Assembly (NCBI GenBank): GCA_963803975.1
Contig: CAWDOY010000003.1
Location: 319,919-383,918 of the forward strand
Length of the DNA stretch: 64,000 nt
Source of the DNA: an uncultured delta proteobacterium
GTDB lineage: Bacteria > Desulfobacterota > WTBG01 > CAIYCZ01
Direction: 5' to 3'
The position numbers were made by a program, and so were the translations under genes. Under the pieces are notes generated by a model. It was not told where the DNA came from and ran no database searches. It saw nothing but the letters and a program-made list of their open reading frames with translations. This document shows positions 1 to 9,603 of this stretch, piece after piece. How positions within the stretch are numbered: the stretch's first letter is position 1; each line of letters starts with the position of its first letter.

Positions 1-1699
1 CTGATAGATGAAGACGAGGATTTGGGCCCTGATTTTAAAGCAATCATACCGGTCTATCCCTTGAGCGAGGGCCTGCACCAGAAGACACTGCGAAAGATCA
101 TGCGCACGATTGTGGAAGCATACTCCCGCCAGGTGCCTGACCCGCTCGCTGCAGTCACTGCTCAAAGCATACTCACTGGTTCCTCTTTCTGATGCACTGT
201 CTAAAGTGCATTTCCCTGATAACAGCGATAACTTTACTGCTCTGGTCAATTTTCAATCCCGCTACCACCGCCGGCTGGTCTTTGAAGAGCTCTTTTTTCT
301 TGAGCTGGGGCTGGCTTTGAAGAAAAAAGGGCTCTCCATTCAACCGGGCATTGCATTTACTATTCCCCGCGAGCAGATGTCCCGGTTTATTGCCGCCCTG
401 CCCTTTTCTCTGACCAGCGCCCAGCAGAGGACCCTGAACGAAATAATGTCTGACATGGAAAAGCCGTTCCCCATGAACCGCCTGATACAGGGCGATGTTG
501 GCAGCGGCAAAACCGTGGTTGCCCTGATAGCAGCCCTTGCAGCCATAGAAAACGGCTATCAGGCGGTTTTTATGGCGCCCACTGAAATACTGGCAGAGCA
601 GCATTATAAAACCATCAGCACCCTTGCCCGGAATGCCGGTATCAGCATGGCGCTCCTGACCGGCAGCCAGACGAAGACGCAGCGAACAGAAATTCTGGAG
701 CAGATACGAAACGGCGCAGCTCAGCTCATCATCGGCACCCATGCGGTTATCCAGGAAGCTGTTGAATTTCACCAATTGGGATTTGCCGTCATTGACGAGC
801 AGCATAAATTCGGTGTCATGCAGCGCGCCCAGCTTAAGAAAAAAGGCTGTAGCCCTGATGTGCTGGTCATGACCGCGACGCCCATTCCGCGCACCCTGGG
901 GCTCACGGTGTACGGCGACCTTGATCTATCCCTGATTGATGAGCTGCCGCCGGGCAGAACGCCGATAGCAACAAAGGTTTATCATGAAAAAAACCGCGAC
1001 GACGTGTATGAGATTGTGCGCCGGGAGCTTGGCCGCGGCAATCAGACCTTTATTGTGTACCCGCTGGTGGATGAATCAGAAAAGATGGACCTGAAGGATG
1101 CCACCAACATGGCCCGACACCTGCAGCAGGATATATTCCCCACGTACCGGGTCGGGCTCATTCACGGCAGAATGGCGGCCGCGGAGAAAGATGCCATCAT
1201 GCAGGAGTTTCAGGGAGGCACCATTCACATCCTGGTGGCAACCACGGTGATCGAGGTCGGCATTGATATACCCAATGCTTCGCTTATGATCATCGAGCAT
1301 GCCGAGCGCTTCGGCCTGTGCCAGCTTCATCAGCTGCGCGGCCGCGTCGGCAGGGGCGCGGCCCGGTCCATGTGCATACTGCTCGCCCAGTATAGAAAGT
1401 CTGATGACGCGCGGCGGCGCCTTGCGGTCATGGAGCAGACCACTGACGGTTTTAAAATCGCGGAGGAGGATTTTAATATCAGGGGGCCGGGAGAGTTTCT
1501 GGGGACCCGTCAGTCAGGGTTGCCTGATTTCCGGGTGGCGAACATACTGCGTGACGTGAAGGTCCTGCATGAGGCGCGGCGCGCCGCGTTTGAATTGATT
1601 GAACGCGACCCGGATCTCATCGCGGAGGAGCATCACCTGATGAAGAAAGTCCTTGCAGAGCGCTGGAAAGGACGGCTGGAACTGGCAGGAATCGGATAG
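1..1699 (+). CDS. recG: ATP-dependent DNA helicase RecG (5' partial; apparent frameshift near 147)
   Basis: QGDVGSGKT Walker A, DEQH, MTATPIPRTL and QLHQLRGRVGRG motifs. Frame 1 of 1-147 reads IIPVYPLSEGLHQKTLRKIM (RecG-like), then the reading moves to frame 2. Confidence 0.97.
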
Positions 1700-1714
1700 C
1701 AATAGGGTAAGAAT

Positions 1715-1970
1715 TACAAATGTCAAAATCCAAATGACCAATGAATGCCAAAATCAAAATACCAAATACGACGCCTGGAACTTTTTGTTCTTTGTCATTT
1801 GAAATTCATTTGAACTTTGGATTTTAAACTTGAATTTTCCCTCTTCACCTTTTAACCTCTGTGCCTGTTGCCTCTGTGCCTTTGTGCCTGCAACCGCGCC
1901 GTAGTCCCACAAAGGACGTAGGCGGGTCACCCATTCACCTTTTCACCTTTCACTTTCCACTTTTCACTTT
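1715..1970. repeat. Composite short-period repeat cassette (inverted heptamer arms, TGTGCCT units, GTAG/GTAG-GAAG-type hairpin, CACCYWTT units)
   Basis: CAAATGT/CAAAATC/CAAATGA arm facing TTTGTCA/TTTGAAA/TTTGAAC/TTTGGAT arm; CGCCGTAGTCC..GGACGTAGGCG at ~1897-1924; TTCACCT/TTCACTT tandem units. Confidence 0.75.
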
Positions 1971-1973
1971 CTT

Positions 1974-2303
1974 CTAATAATCTTCCGCATCGCTTTTACC
2001 GGTATCCATCATCTTGGAAAATCTCTTTTTGCCGCGCTTGGCCGCGACTTTCGAGAGCTGCTTCACCTCCTGCTTCATCTTATCCGATATATTGTCGCCC
2101 ATCTTACTTAAGAATTTCTTCTCCACAGCTTCGGCCAGCCCGTCTTCCCGCGGGCCGGCAAGGTAACGGGTCCTCGAGATAAGCTTCTGCACGTCGGTTG
2201 ATTTACACTTTTTACACATTGGCGTGTACTTTTCATCATGGCGCAGCAGCACGTGATCAAAGACTGTTTTACATGCATTACACTGGTATTCGTAGATTGG
2301 CAT
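1974..2303 (-). CDS. FmdB-family zinc-ribbon protein
   Basis: MPIYEYQCxxC...CxxCxS signature; AAGGAG RBS upstream. Confidence 0.9.
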   Translation of the reverse strand: MPIYEYQCNACKTVFDHVLLRHDEKYTPMCKKCKSTDVQKLISRTRYLAGPREDGLAEAVEKKFLSKMGDNISDKMKQEVKQLSKVAAKRGKKRFSKMMDTGKSDAEDY

Positions 2304-2323
2304 GGGTCTTTCTCCTTAACTGT

Positions 2324-2475
2324 CAGACTGTTGAAAAACACCCATCTGCTTCGTTGCGCTCATCCCTCGTCATTGCGACGTACGGTACTGTACGACTCAT
2401 TCTTCATGATTTCGCGCGCCTTGCATCTGAATGTTTTTGACCAGCCCGAGAAAAAACAACTTTTCAAGAAACCTG
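2324..2475. mobile_element. MITE-like element with IS-type terminal inverted repeats
   Basis: CAGACTGTTGAAAAACA (2324) is inverted to TGTTTTTGACCAGCCCG (2432-2448, 13/17); second degenerate end TTTTCAAGAAACCTG (2461-2475); non-coding interior. Confidence 0.6.
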
Positions 2476-4362
2476 CTATATTGCCTGTGCATGAGAGCCT
2501 GGTTCTATATCATCGAACTGCGGCTCCTTCTTTTTTGCCTCTTCCCGGTATTTTTTAAATTTATTAAACTGCTTTTCGTAATACGGCAAATTTTCCGGCC
2601 GGGCTGCTATCGCCAGTTCCAGAGCGTGCACTGCCTCCTCATACTGACCGTTAATGAAATAGCTTTCACCGAGGGTATCAAGTATGTGCGGTTTAGGGGC
2701 CAGATCTGCGGCACGCTGAGAAAGTTCCAGCGCTTTATTCGGCCGATACAGCTCTTTATCCTGAGCTGTGGCATAGAGCCAGGCAAGGTTATTCAGTATC
2801 TCCGGGTCGTCTGGATTAAGCGTCAATGCCTTATGAAAGCACGCTTCAGCCTTTTTCAAGTCTCCCTGCTCATAGTACACATTACCGAGGGAAAAAACAT
2901 AGAGCGTGTTTTCAGGGTTTGATGCAACCTTTTTTTCCATGACATATTGCAGGAAGGTCATCTTTGCCTGCACCAGGGGTTTTTCACCAAAGGTATAGAA
3001 CACCGTACCTGCTCCAATGAACAAAACAGCATAAAAGGCCACCATCCGGGCAACCCGTGCATCATGTTTAGTAATCAGCGACGGGTCGCGATCGCAACTC
3101 TCTAAAAACCGTATCCGCTCTGCGATACCGAAGTGATGCCAGTTCGGCGCATTTCTGTTCTGTGAGCCTATGCGTGCTATCTTTTCCAGCGACCGTATAA
3201 GACCGCTGCTGCTTTTTGTCATCTTCAAAGCATGCGCGTCAGCCTGCCGTTCAAAAATGCGGGAAAAATATCCAAAGCAGAAGCGATAATAAAGAACAAA
3301 ACAAACGACAGGCAGTATGGTCAGCAGCATTGAAACAGCACTGTTCGTGTATGCTGCTCCTGAAGCAATCATAGTGGTGAAAATATTCAAAGAAAGCAGC
3401 TTATACGTCATGAACTCCAATGCTTCATAAGCAAACACGGCGAAGCCCATTATGATAAGTGTATAGTAGAGCATATGGTGATGCTGCACATGCCCTATCT
3501 CATGAGCAACTACTGCTTCAAGCTCATCCTCATCCAGTATCTGCATGAGAGACGGGCTGATTAAAATGTAGCGGTATTTTTTTATAAAGCCAATAACGCC
3601 GGCATTTATCAGCTTGCCATCAAATAAGTTCCACAGCACCATATCAGCATAGGTAAGGCGGGCGCTGGCGCAGAAACGTTCAAGACTCTCGCGCACAGGA
3701 CCTGCCGGGAGCGGCTTGCAGCCCCAGAGCCTGACAATCACAAACGGCAGGTAGATGGCCAGCATTGCCAGCAGCAACACAAACAATAATAAGCCAACAA
3801 GCGGGAACTGCTCCAGCACCTGATAAAAATCTGCGAATACCAGGTTCACCATATCGATCACCAAAGATACCAGGAGCCAGGGAAGGAGCACCGTAGCGTT
3901 TATTTTAAGCTGAGACAGCAGATACGCGGGGGCCTGTATACCGGCGTTGCAGAATTGTCTGTAGGTGGGAAATGCGCACGACCAGATGATGAAAAGCAGT
4001 GCTAAAAAGGGAGCGATACCGAGCAGGTTGGCGAGAAACGTGCTGACGTGTATCAGCGGTGCCTGTGCCAGCAGCAGTTTGAAATCAAAGACATAGATAA
4101 AAAGCGCGTAGATAATAATGGCCAGGGCCGTGCTTTGGTTAACCAGGGCAGTATGATATGAGGCACATGCCGATAGCCTGTTGCTGTCTGAAGCGCAGCG
4201 CCGGGCAAAATATTCAAATCGGTTCCGGACATACAGATAAAAAAGAATGCCCAGCAGCGCAATACCCGCTGCATCCACATCCCGCGTAAAGTTTGCGCTC
4301 TCGGGCTGATATCCGGTATAGATAAGCAGTACAATAATGAAATGGAGTATATTTGAGTACAC
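2476..4362 (-). CDS. Membrane M48 (HtpX/Ste24-like) zinc metallopeptidase with C-terminal TPRs
   Basis: Multiple TM helices, AVVAHEIGH (HExxH), ERQAD third ligand, TPR motifs (NNLAWLYAT, DTLGESY). Confidence 0.9.
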   Translation of the reverse strand: MYSNILHFIIVLLIYTGYQPESANFTRDVDAAGIALLGILFYLYVRNRFEYFARRCASDSNRLSACASYHTALVNQSTALAIIIYALFIYVFDFKLLLAQAPLIHVSTFLANLLGIAPFLALLFIIWSCAFPTYRQFCNAGIQAPAYLLSQLKINATVLLPWLLVSLVIDMVNLVFADFYQVLEQFPLVGLLLFVLLLAMLAIYLPFVIVRLWGCKPLPAGPVRESLERFCASARLTYADMVLWNLFDGKLINAGVIGFIKKYRYILISPSLMQILDEDELEAVVAHEIGHVQHHHMLYYTLIIMGFAVFAYEALEFMTYKLLSLNIFTTMIASGAAYTNSAVSMLLTILPVVCFVLYYRFCFGYFSRIFERQADAHALKMTKSSSGLIRSLEKIARIGSQNRNAPNWHHFGIAERIRFLESCDRDPSLITKHDARVARMVAFYAVLFIGAGTVFYTFGEKPLVQAKMTFLQYVMEKKVASNPENTLYVFSLGNVYYEQGDLKKAEACFHKALTLNPDDPEILNNLAWLYATAQDKELYRPNKALELSQRAADLAPKPHILDTLGESYFINGQYEEAVHALELAIAARPENLPYYEKQFNKFKKYREEAKKKEPQFDDIEPGSHAQAI

Positions 4363-4443
4363 GGTTCTGAAATTTGCCGTAAATTAAAATGAGGACAGCA
4401 GAGACTGTCCTCATGTATGAAACCAACCATCTGCACTCGTAAA

Positions 4444-4595
4444 AGCTAATTGCAAAAATCTTCAAGAAACGGGATTGCTTCGCTTCGCTCGCAATGACAA
4501 ATGGCGTCTTTGCTTTCCCTGGAGTGTTCAGCGAAGTTCCGGGCGCAGTGTGGGGGACGAAGCAATCTCAAAAAGTATGACTTTTGCAATTGGCT
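4444..4595. mobile_element. MITE-like element enclosing a REP-like palindrome
   Basis: TIRs AGCTAATTGCAAAAATC / GACTTTTGCAATTGGCT (15/17); internal GATTGCTTCG (4473) ... CGAAGCAATC (4558) and GCTTCGCTCGCAATGAC. Confidence 0.7.
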
Positions 4596-4614
4596 CGTAA
4601 GGCAGCAATTCAAT

Positions 4615-4836
4615 CTATATATATTTTTTTGCTATCCGTTCCTGTTTTGGCGGCAGTTTTTTGTGCTTGGCTTCTTCAAAAATAACGTCTGCAATCTTAA
4701 GCGATACGAAAAAGTCTTCTTCGACCTTTTTCCTGCGCGCATTCATGCTGAGATTTTTATACTCGGGGACCGTGTGTGAAAGATATAACGCTACCTGTAG
4801 CGTTGCCGCAATTTGTGGTATTTCTTTTAGCGCCAT
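4615..4836 (-). CDS. Small basic hypothetical protein (73 aa)
   Basis: ATG preceded by AAGGAGG RBS; fills intergenic space. Confidence 0.65.
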   Translation of the reverse strand: MALKEIPQIAATLQVALYLSHTVPEYKNLSMNARRKKVEEDFFVSLKIADVIFEEAKHKKLPPKQERIAKKYI

Positions 4837-4993
4837 AATAATCCTCCTTGTAATGTTAGGGTAATGTATTCAAGCGTTCTATTTCCCGTTGCCATGTATT
4901 AAACAATAACACTAATTGTTTGACATTTCAAAGATATTTTTAATCTGCCGCGCTACCTTGAGCGCCCCTCTGCCGCGCCGGTTTACACCCGTT

Positions 4994-6802
4994 TCATTTC
5001 CTGAACAAAAAGGCGCTTATGTAGCGGGTATCTATGTCGCGTGCGTCAGCCAGAGCGCCACACTCCTGTTCCAGCACCTCAAGGCAGTTCCGCACAAAAG
5101 TCTGCAGGCACGGCATGGTGTCTTCAGATAGCCGGTACTGGAGGCGCAGCCAGTTCATGGTATCCGGCAATAACGATTCAGTCAACGAGGCTGATACAGC
5201 CCCTTTCTTCGCTGAAGCAGTGAAGACCCTGGACAGAAACTTTTGCAATTCTGCCACGGTTATAGGCGTTGGCTCTGTTTTACCGTACAATACATGACGG
5301 GCAAGAACAGTAAGAAACAGCTGCTGCGCCCTTAGTTCGCCGGTATCTTCAAGAGTTGATTCCGCAACCACTGCGTTTATGACACCAGGACCCTGGAGTC
5401 CAAAGCAATCAAACAGCACTTTGGTAATAATCGCCACAACATCAAGAACTCTTTCGGTCACCCGGATCTCTTCTAACGTCTCAAATTCACGGCAGGTGCT
5501 GCTCTCCTTAACAAGGTTGCCTTCAAAAAAGAGCGGGCGGGCGCTTCTGAGGCCGGCAATGGTTTCGCCCCATGGCAGGCCAAAAAATTCCGGCTGCAGC
5601 TTCGAATACCTATCCTGCAGCAACGCGTAAAAATCCCGTGCGCTGTTCTGCAAGGTGAGTGCCTGGCTGTAGCCGGCCCGGAATAAGAAGTGTATCGGCA
5701 CTTCCCCCATAAGCCTGACAGCAGTATCCATGTCCTGTTTGCTTAACAGCTCAAGGCTGATATTTATATAGCCCATCACCTTGCCGAAGGCTCTTTCTTT
5801 ATCCCGCGGTTCCCTTGCCGCTGTGCAATCGGCAATCATAATCTTATTGGTAAGGCTGATAATTTCACGCTGGACTCGTTCCGCAATCTGTCTGTCATCT
5901 ATGCGATGCAGCACTGCATGCACAAAAAGGTTACGTTTGCTCTGAGTAAAACGATAGCGAAGCCGGGGAAGCTGAGACGGAGATGGCGCGGCCGCATGAC
6001 CTTCGTGCTGTTTTTTGTCTAAAATCGCCTGCATTTCTTCCGCGCTCAGATACTGATAAACCGGCCAGGCTTCTTCCAGTTCCGGAAATCCCTGTTCCGC
6101 CATCCTCCTCTGCCGCATGCGCAGCGCATCCTCCTCCAGCTCTATTGCCGAAACCCATTTGGTATTTTCCATGAGATAATAAAAATAGCTGCTGTCAGTC
6201 TTATAGAGCAGATGGAGAAACGGTATTGCTATCTGGCGGGCTTCATCGTCTGCAAACTGAAAATAGTAGAGGCCGTCAATGGTCCAGGATGGCAGCAGGT
6301 CCGAGGCTTCTGTCAGGTCAAGATCGTCGCTCAGCCGGAAAACGTTAAACAGCTTTTTAAAAGCAAAATTGAGGAAACGCTCGTCGGTCCTGGTAACCCA
6401 TTCCAGCACATTTTCTTCCCTGCACCGCAGCAGCATCCTGAGCCAATGGCTGACGCCGGCCATGTCTATCAGGTCTTTTATCCAGCAGTCAATGTCTATA
6501 CTATACTGCAGCTGGTCAAACGACAGCCGTGAGATAATCGGCAGGGCATCGTCAGCGCCGATTTCTTTGATGGTCCAGTATATCTCGTCTTCCGGCAGCG
6601 CCTGTACCAGTTTTGCCGGGTTCTCATCAAGCATAATGAGCTGCTGCCGTTTTATCCAGGGCGCGCTGAGCACCACGCCAATCTTATCTTCAGGAGATAG
6701 AGAATTAAATGCAGACTGGGCTTCCCGCGCATCCAGGTTCAAGATAAGCTCAGGGGTGACCTCATGCTTTGCTATGCTCAAATTCCTGTTTAACTTCTTC
6801 AT
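4994..6802 (-). CDS. Conserved hypothetical protein (DUF6178-like)
   Basis: 602 aa ORF; PEDEIYWTIKEIG and RQRRMAEQGFP motifs recalled from this deltaproteobacterial family. Confidence 0.7.
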   Translation of the reverse strand: MKKLNRNLSIAKHEVTPELILNLDAREAQSAFNSLSPEDKIGVVLSAPWIKRQQLIMLDENPAKLVQALPEDEIYWTIKEIGADDALPIISRLSFDQLQYSIDIDCWIKDLIDMAGVSHWLRMLLRCREENVLEWVTRTDERFLNFAFKKLFNVFRLSDDLDLTEASDLLPSWTIDGLYYFQFADDEARQIAIPFLHLLYKTDSSYFYYLMENTKWVSAIELEEDALRMRQRRMAEQGFPELEEAWPVYQYLSAEEMQAILDKKQHEGHAAAPSPSQLPRLRYRFTQSKRNLFVHAVLHRIDDRQIAERVQREIISLTNKIMIADCTAAREPRDKERAFGKVMGYINISLELLSKQDMDTAVRLMGEVPIHFLFRAGYSQALTLQNSARDFYALLQDRYSKLQPEFFGLPWGETIAGLRSARPLFFEGNLVKESSTCREFETLEEIRVTERVLDVVAIITKVLFDCFGLQGPGVINAVVAESTLEDTGELRAQQLFLTVLARHVLYGKTEPTPITVAELQKFLSRVFTASAKKGAVSASLTESLLPDTMNWLRLQYRLSEDTMPCLQTFVRNCLEVLEQECGALADARDIDTRYISAFLFRK

Positions 6803-6930
6803 CTCCGGCGTTACTCTTTGCTGTCAAATTATATTGCTACTATACCTGTCTTATAGTATAGCTGTGAACATTCATTGCAGGTTCAGTGAACTATACCACT
6901 TGCTAACAACGTGTCGCAGTTCATTGTATT

Positions 6931-9603
6931 ATGAAACACCGCGCCCGGAAAAATCAAAGTCTGATTAGCCTTTCAATTTATCTTATCTTTTTATCATTAT
7001 CTATCCCACAGGAAGTAAAAACTCAAGAAGATTCTCCCTGGAAGGATCTCGGCCTGTACGGAGGCCAGATTGAAGCGATTGCGATTGATCCCTTTGACAG
7101 CTCCAGACTCTTTGCCGGGAGCTATTTAGGCGGCGGCCTGTTTACATCAATTGATTCCGGCACATCCTGGAAGGCTGTCCCGGAATTCAGGAATACAGAA
7201 GTCTATGATATCTGCTATGACCCGAACCAGCAGGGTACCATATGGGTGGCATACAGCCAGTTTGTTTCAGTGACCCGTGATGGAGGAGAAACCTGGGTAA
7301 AGTTTCAATTTGCGGAAAAGGAAAAACGGTTCTGCTATACCGTGAAAGTTGACCCTCATGACTCTTCGGGCAATACCATTTACGTTGGCACCGGCGGCCC
7401 TGACGGCGGAGATGATGAAGGAGCAGTTTTTAAAACCACCAGCAGCGGACAGCTTTGGCTCAAAACTAACCTCATTGCTGACTGTACAATACGAAAGCTT
7501 GCCATCAACCCCCTGCCGCCCGGTGAAATCTGGGCGGTATCCGGCGTCATGCTCGGTACAGCCCGCGGCATGGTGTACGCATCGATTGATGCAGGGGCAA
7601 CCTGGCGTCACTGGGACATCGGCTGGTATCTCGATGAAATAATCGTTCACCCGCAGTACCGGCAGACTGTTTTTGCCGCCGGCGAGCGCGGCATCATCCG
7701 CAAGCAGGACGGCCCTGCTGCAGCAACCGGCTGGTCACTGCTCGAGCCGCAGGAACGATGCCGGTCTTTGTGCATCCCGCCAACACAGACTGACACCCTC
7801 TATGCAGGGCTTTCCGATAAAACAGCAAAAAGCACTGACCGCGGCAGCACCTGGACCTACTACCCATCAGCAAATAATTTTATGAGCCTGGCTGCTGCAC
7901 CGGATACTAAAGGTCAGCTCTACGGCGGTGATTCAAACCGCGGCATATTCAAAAGCACTGACGCTGCCGCATCCTGGAAAGAGATCAACACAGGCATCCA
8001 GGCAAACCAGATCTACTCCATTGCGGTCTCCCCGGTCAATGACAGCACCATCATGGCCGGAACGCTTGCCGGTTTATACCTGCGCGATCAAACACTGCAG
8101 TGGGATCTTATTAATGACGGGCATTCAGAGGCGGTCTCTTTTCATCCGCTCTATGAAAACATACTATACGCCGGCTTTGACCGGGAATTCGGAAAAAGCC
8201 CGGACCGGGGAAAAACCTGGAGCTATAGCCCGCTCTCTGCTCTTTCTGAAGCACATGATGTTTCCTCAATTGCTGTTTCAGTGCTGGACCCTGCCCTGGT
8301 GCTTGCCGGCATCTATTTCTATGCCGGTGACCGGGGGGAAGTTATCAGGAGTACTGACAGCGGAGCATCCTTTGATTCTGTCTGGCAGGCTTCGGTTCCG
8401 GTCAATGCAGTTGCCCTTCATCCAGCAGACCCGCAGATCATGTTTGCCGGCACCGGCAGCTTCTATGCACCGGTCCTTCCCGGCGGCTTGTTTATCAGCA
8501 CGGATGGCGGCGATTCCTGGAGCCCGACGTCGCTGCAGAATGTCGTAGTAAACAGCATTGTTATAAGCTCTTCTGACCCGAATCTCATCTATGCCGGATG
8601 CGGGGGCAGCGACTGCGCGTATGCCGGGATCTTTAAAAGCACGGACGGCGGGACCACCTGGCAGAATACGGTTGCCGGGCTGCCCGTTGAATATGCCATC
8701 ACGGCGCTGCAGATTGACGCGAAAAATGATGCAATAGTGTATGCCGCTTCTTTTTACAACGGGGTATTTGTTTCTCTTGACCAGGGAGGCTACTGGACTC
8801 AGATCGGCCTTTCAGACTTCCTGGTCTATGATCTGGCCCAGCTCAGCAGCGTTCAGAAATTCTCCGCACTGCAAACAAAAGCCGCACCGCAGTTCATTAT
8901 ACCATCGGCCACTATTGTGGCAGGCACTACCAGCGGCCTCTACCAGTATTCCGCCGCGGGCAGCGGCATGGTGACCGGCGCCATCACCGCCCAGGATACG
9001 GGCAATGCAATCAATGCGGCACTGGTCTCTTCCTCCTGCGGCAGCAGCTGCATCAGCGCGGATGGCTATTACCTGCTGCTGATGCCAGCCGGCATTCACA
9101 CCATAGATATAGCCGCGGAGGGATATTATGCGGAAACAATCTCGGGGGTGCAGATAGTGGCCGGCGGGAGTATGGTGCGGGATATATCTCTGGAGCCGCG
9201 CGAAGACAGCAATTCCTGCCCTGCTGCCGCGCTCCTCAGTAACATGCCCGGCCAGAGGTATCTTTCCGTGCTGAGAAGATTCAGGGACAGCGTGCTCGCT
9301 GCATCCCGCGACGGGCAGGAGCTGATAGCGCTCTACTATGCGCACGGGCCTTCGCTCATAAACGTGCTTGAAAAGCGGCAGGACTTAAGAACCCGTTGTT
9401 TGAGCCTTCTGACTCAATGCCTGCCCGCGCTTGAGGCTGCGCTGTCGGGCAAGGCGCTGTCTTTATCTCCGTTGCTTGCCGACGACGTCAGCTCCCTCCT
9501 CCAGGCGCTGGAAGAAGCAGCACCCGCGGAAATGAAGGTGGCCTTTGCTGCATTCAGGCGCTATCTGCACAGCCGCACGGCCCTAAAATTTTTCCAGGGC
9601 TGA
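6931..9603 (+). CDS. Secreted BNR/Asp-box beta-propeller protein with carboxypeptidase-regulatory-like domain and CFI-box-like C-terminal domain
   Basis: Signal peptide; about ten SxDxGxTW repeats; GYYLLLMPAG..TI beta-sandwich; CP..LRRFRDSVL...LYY tail. Confidence 0.85.
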   Translation: MKHRARKNQSLISLSIYLIFLSLSIPQEVKTQEDSPWKDLGLYGGQIEAIAIDPFDSSRLFAGSYLGGGLFTSIDSGTSWKAVPEFRNTEVYDICYDPNQQGTIWVAYSQFVSVTRDGGETWVKFQFAEKEKRFCYTVKVDPHDSSGNTIYVGTGGPDGGDDEGAVFKTTSSGQLWLKTNLIADCTIRKLAINPLPPGEIWAVSGVMLGTARGMVYASIDAGATWRHWDIGWYLDEIIVHPQYRQTVFAAGERGIIRKQDGPAAATGWSLLEPQERCRSLCIPPTQTDTLYAGLSDKTAKSTDRGSTWTYYPSANNFMSLAAAPDTKGQLYGGDSNRGIFKSTDAAASWKEINTGIQANQIYSIAVSPVNDSTIMAGTLAGLYLRDQTLQWDLINDGHSEAVSFHPLYENILYAGFDREFGKSPDRGKTWSYSPLSALSEAHDVSSIAVSVLDPALVLAGIYFYAGDRGEVIRSTDSGASFDSVWQASVPVNAVALHPADPQIMFAGTGSFYAPVLPGGLFISTDGGDSWSPTSLQNVVVNSIVISSSDPNLIYAGCGGSDCAYAGIFKSTDGGTTWQNTVAGLPVEYAITALQIDAKNDAIVYAASFYNGVFVSLDQGGYWTQIGLSDFLVYDLAQLSSVQKFSALQTKAAPQFIIPSATIVAGTTSGLYQYSAAGSGMVTGAITAQDTGNAINAALVSSSCGSSCISADGYYLLLMPAGIHTIDIAAEGYYAETISGVQIVAGGSMVRDISLEPREDSNSCPAAALLSNMPGQRYLSVLRRFRDSVLAASRDGQELIALYYAHGPSLINVLEKRQDLRTRCLSLLTQCLPALEAALSGKALSLSPLLADDVSSLLQALEEAAPAEMKVAFAAFRRYLHSRTALKFFQG

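Noticed and set aside
1715..1970. CRISPR array
   Set aside because: Units are 7-8 nt and degenerate, there is no repeat-spacer structure, and no cas genes are in the window
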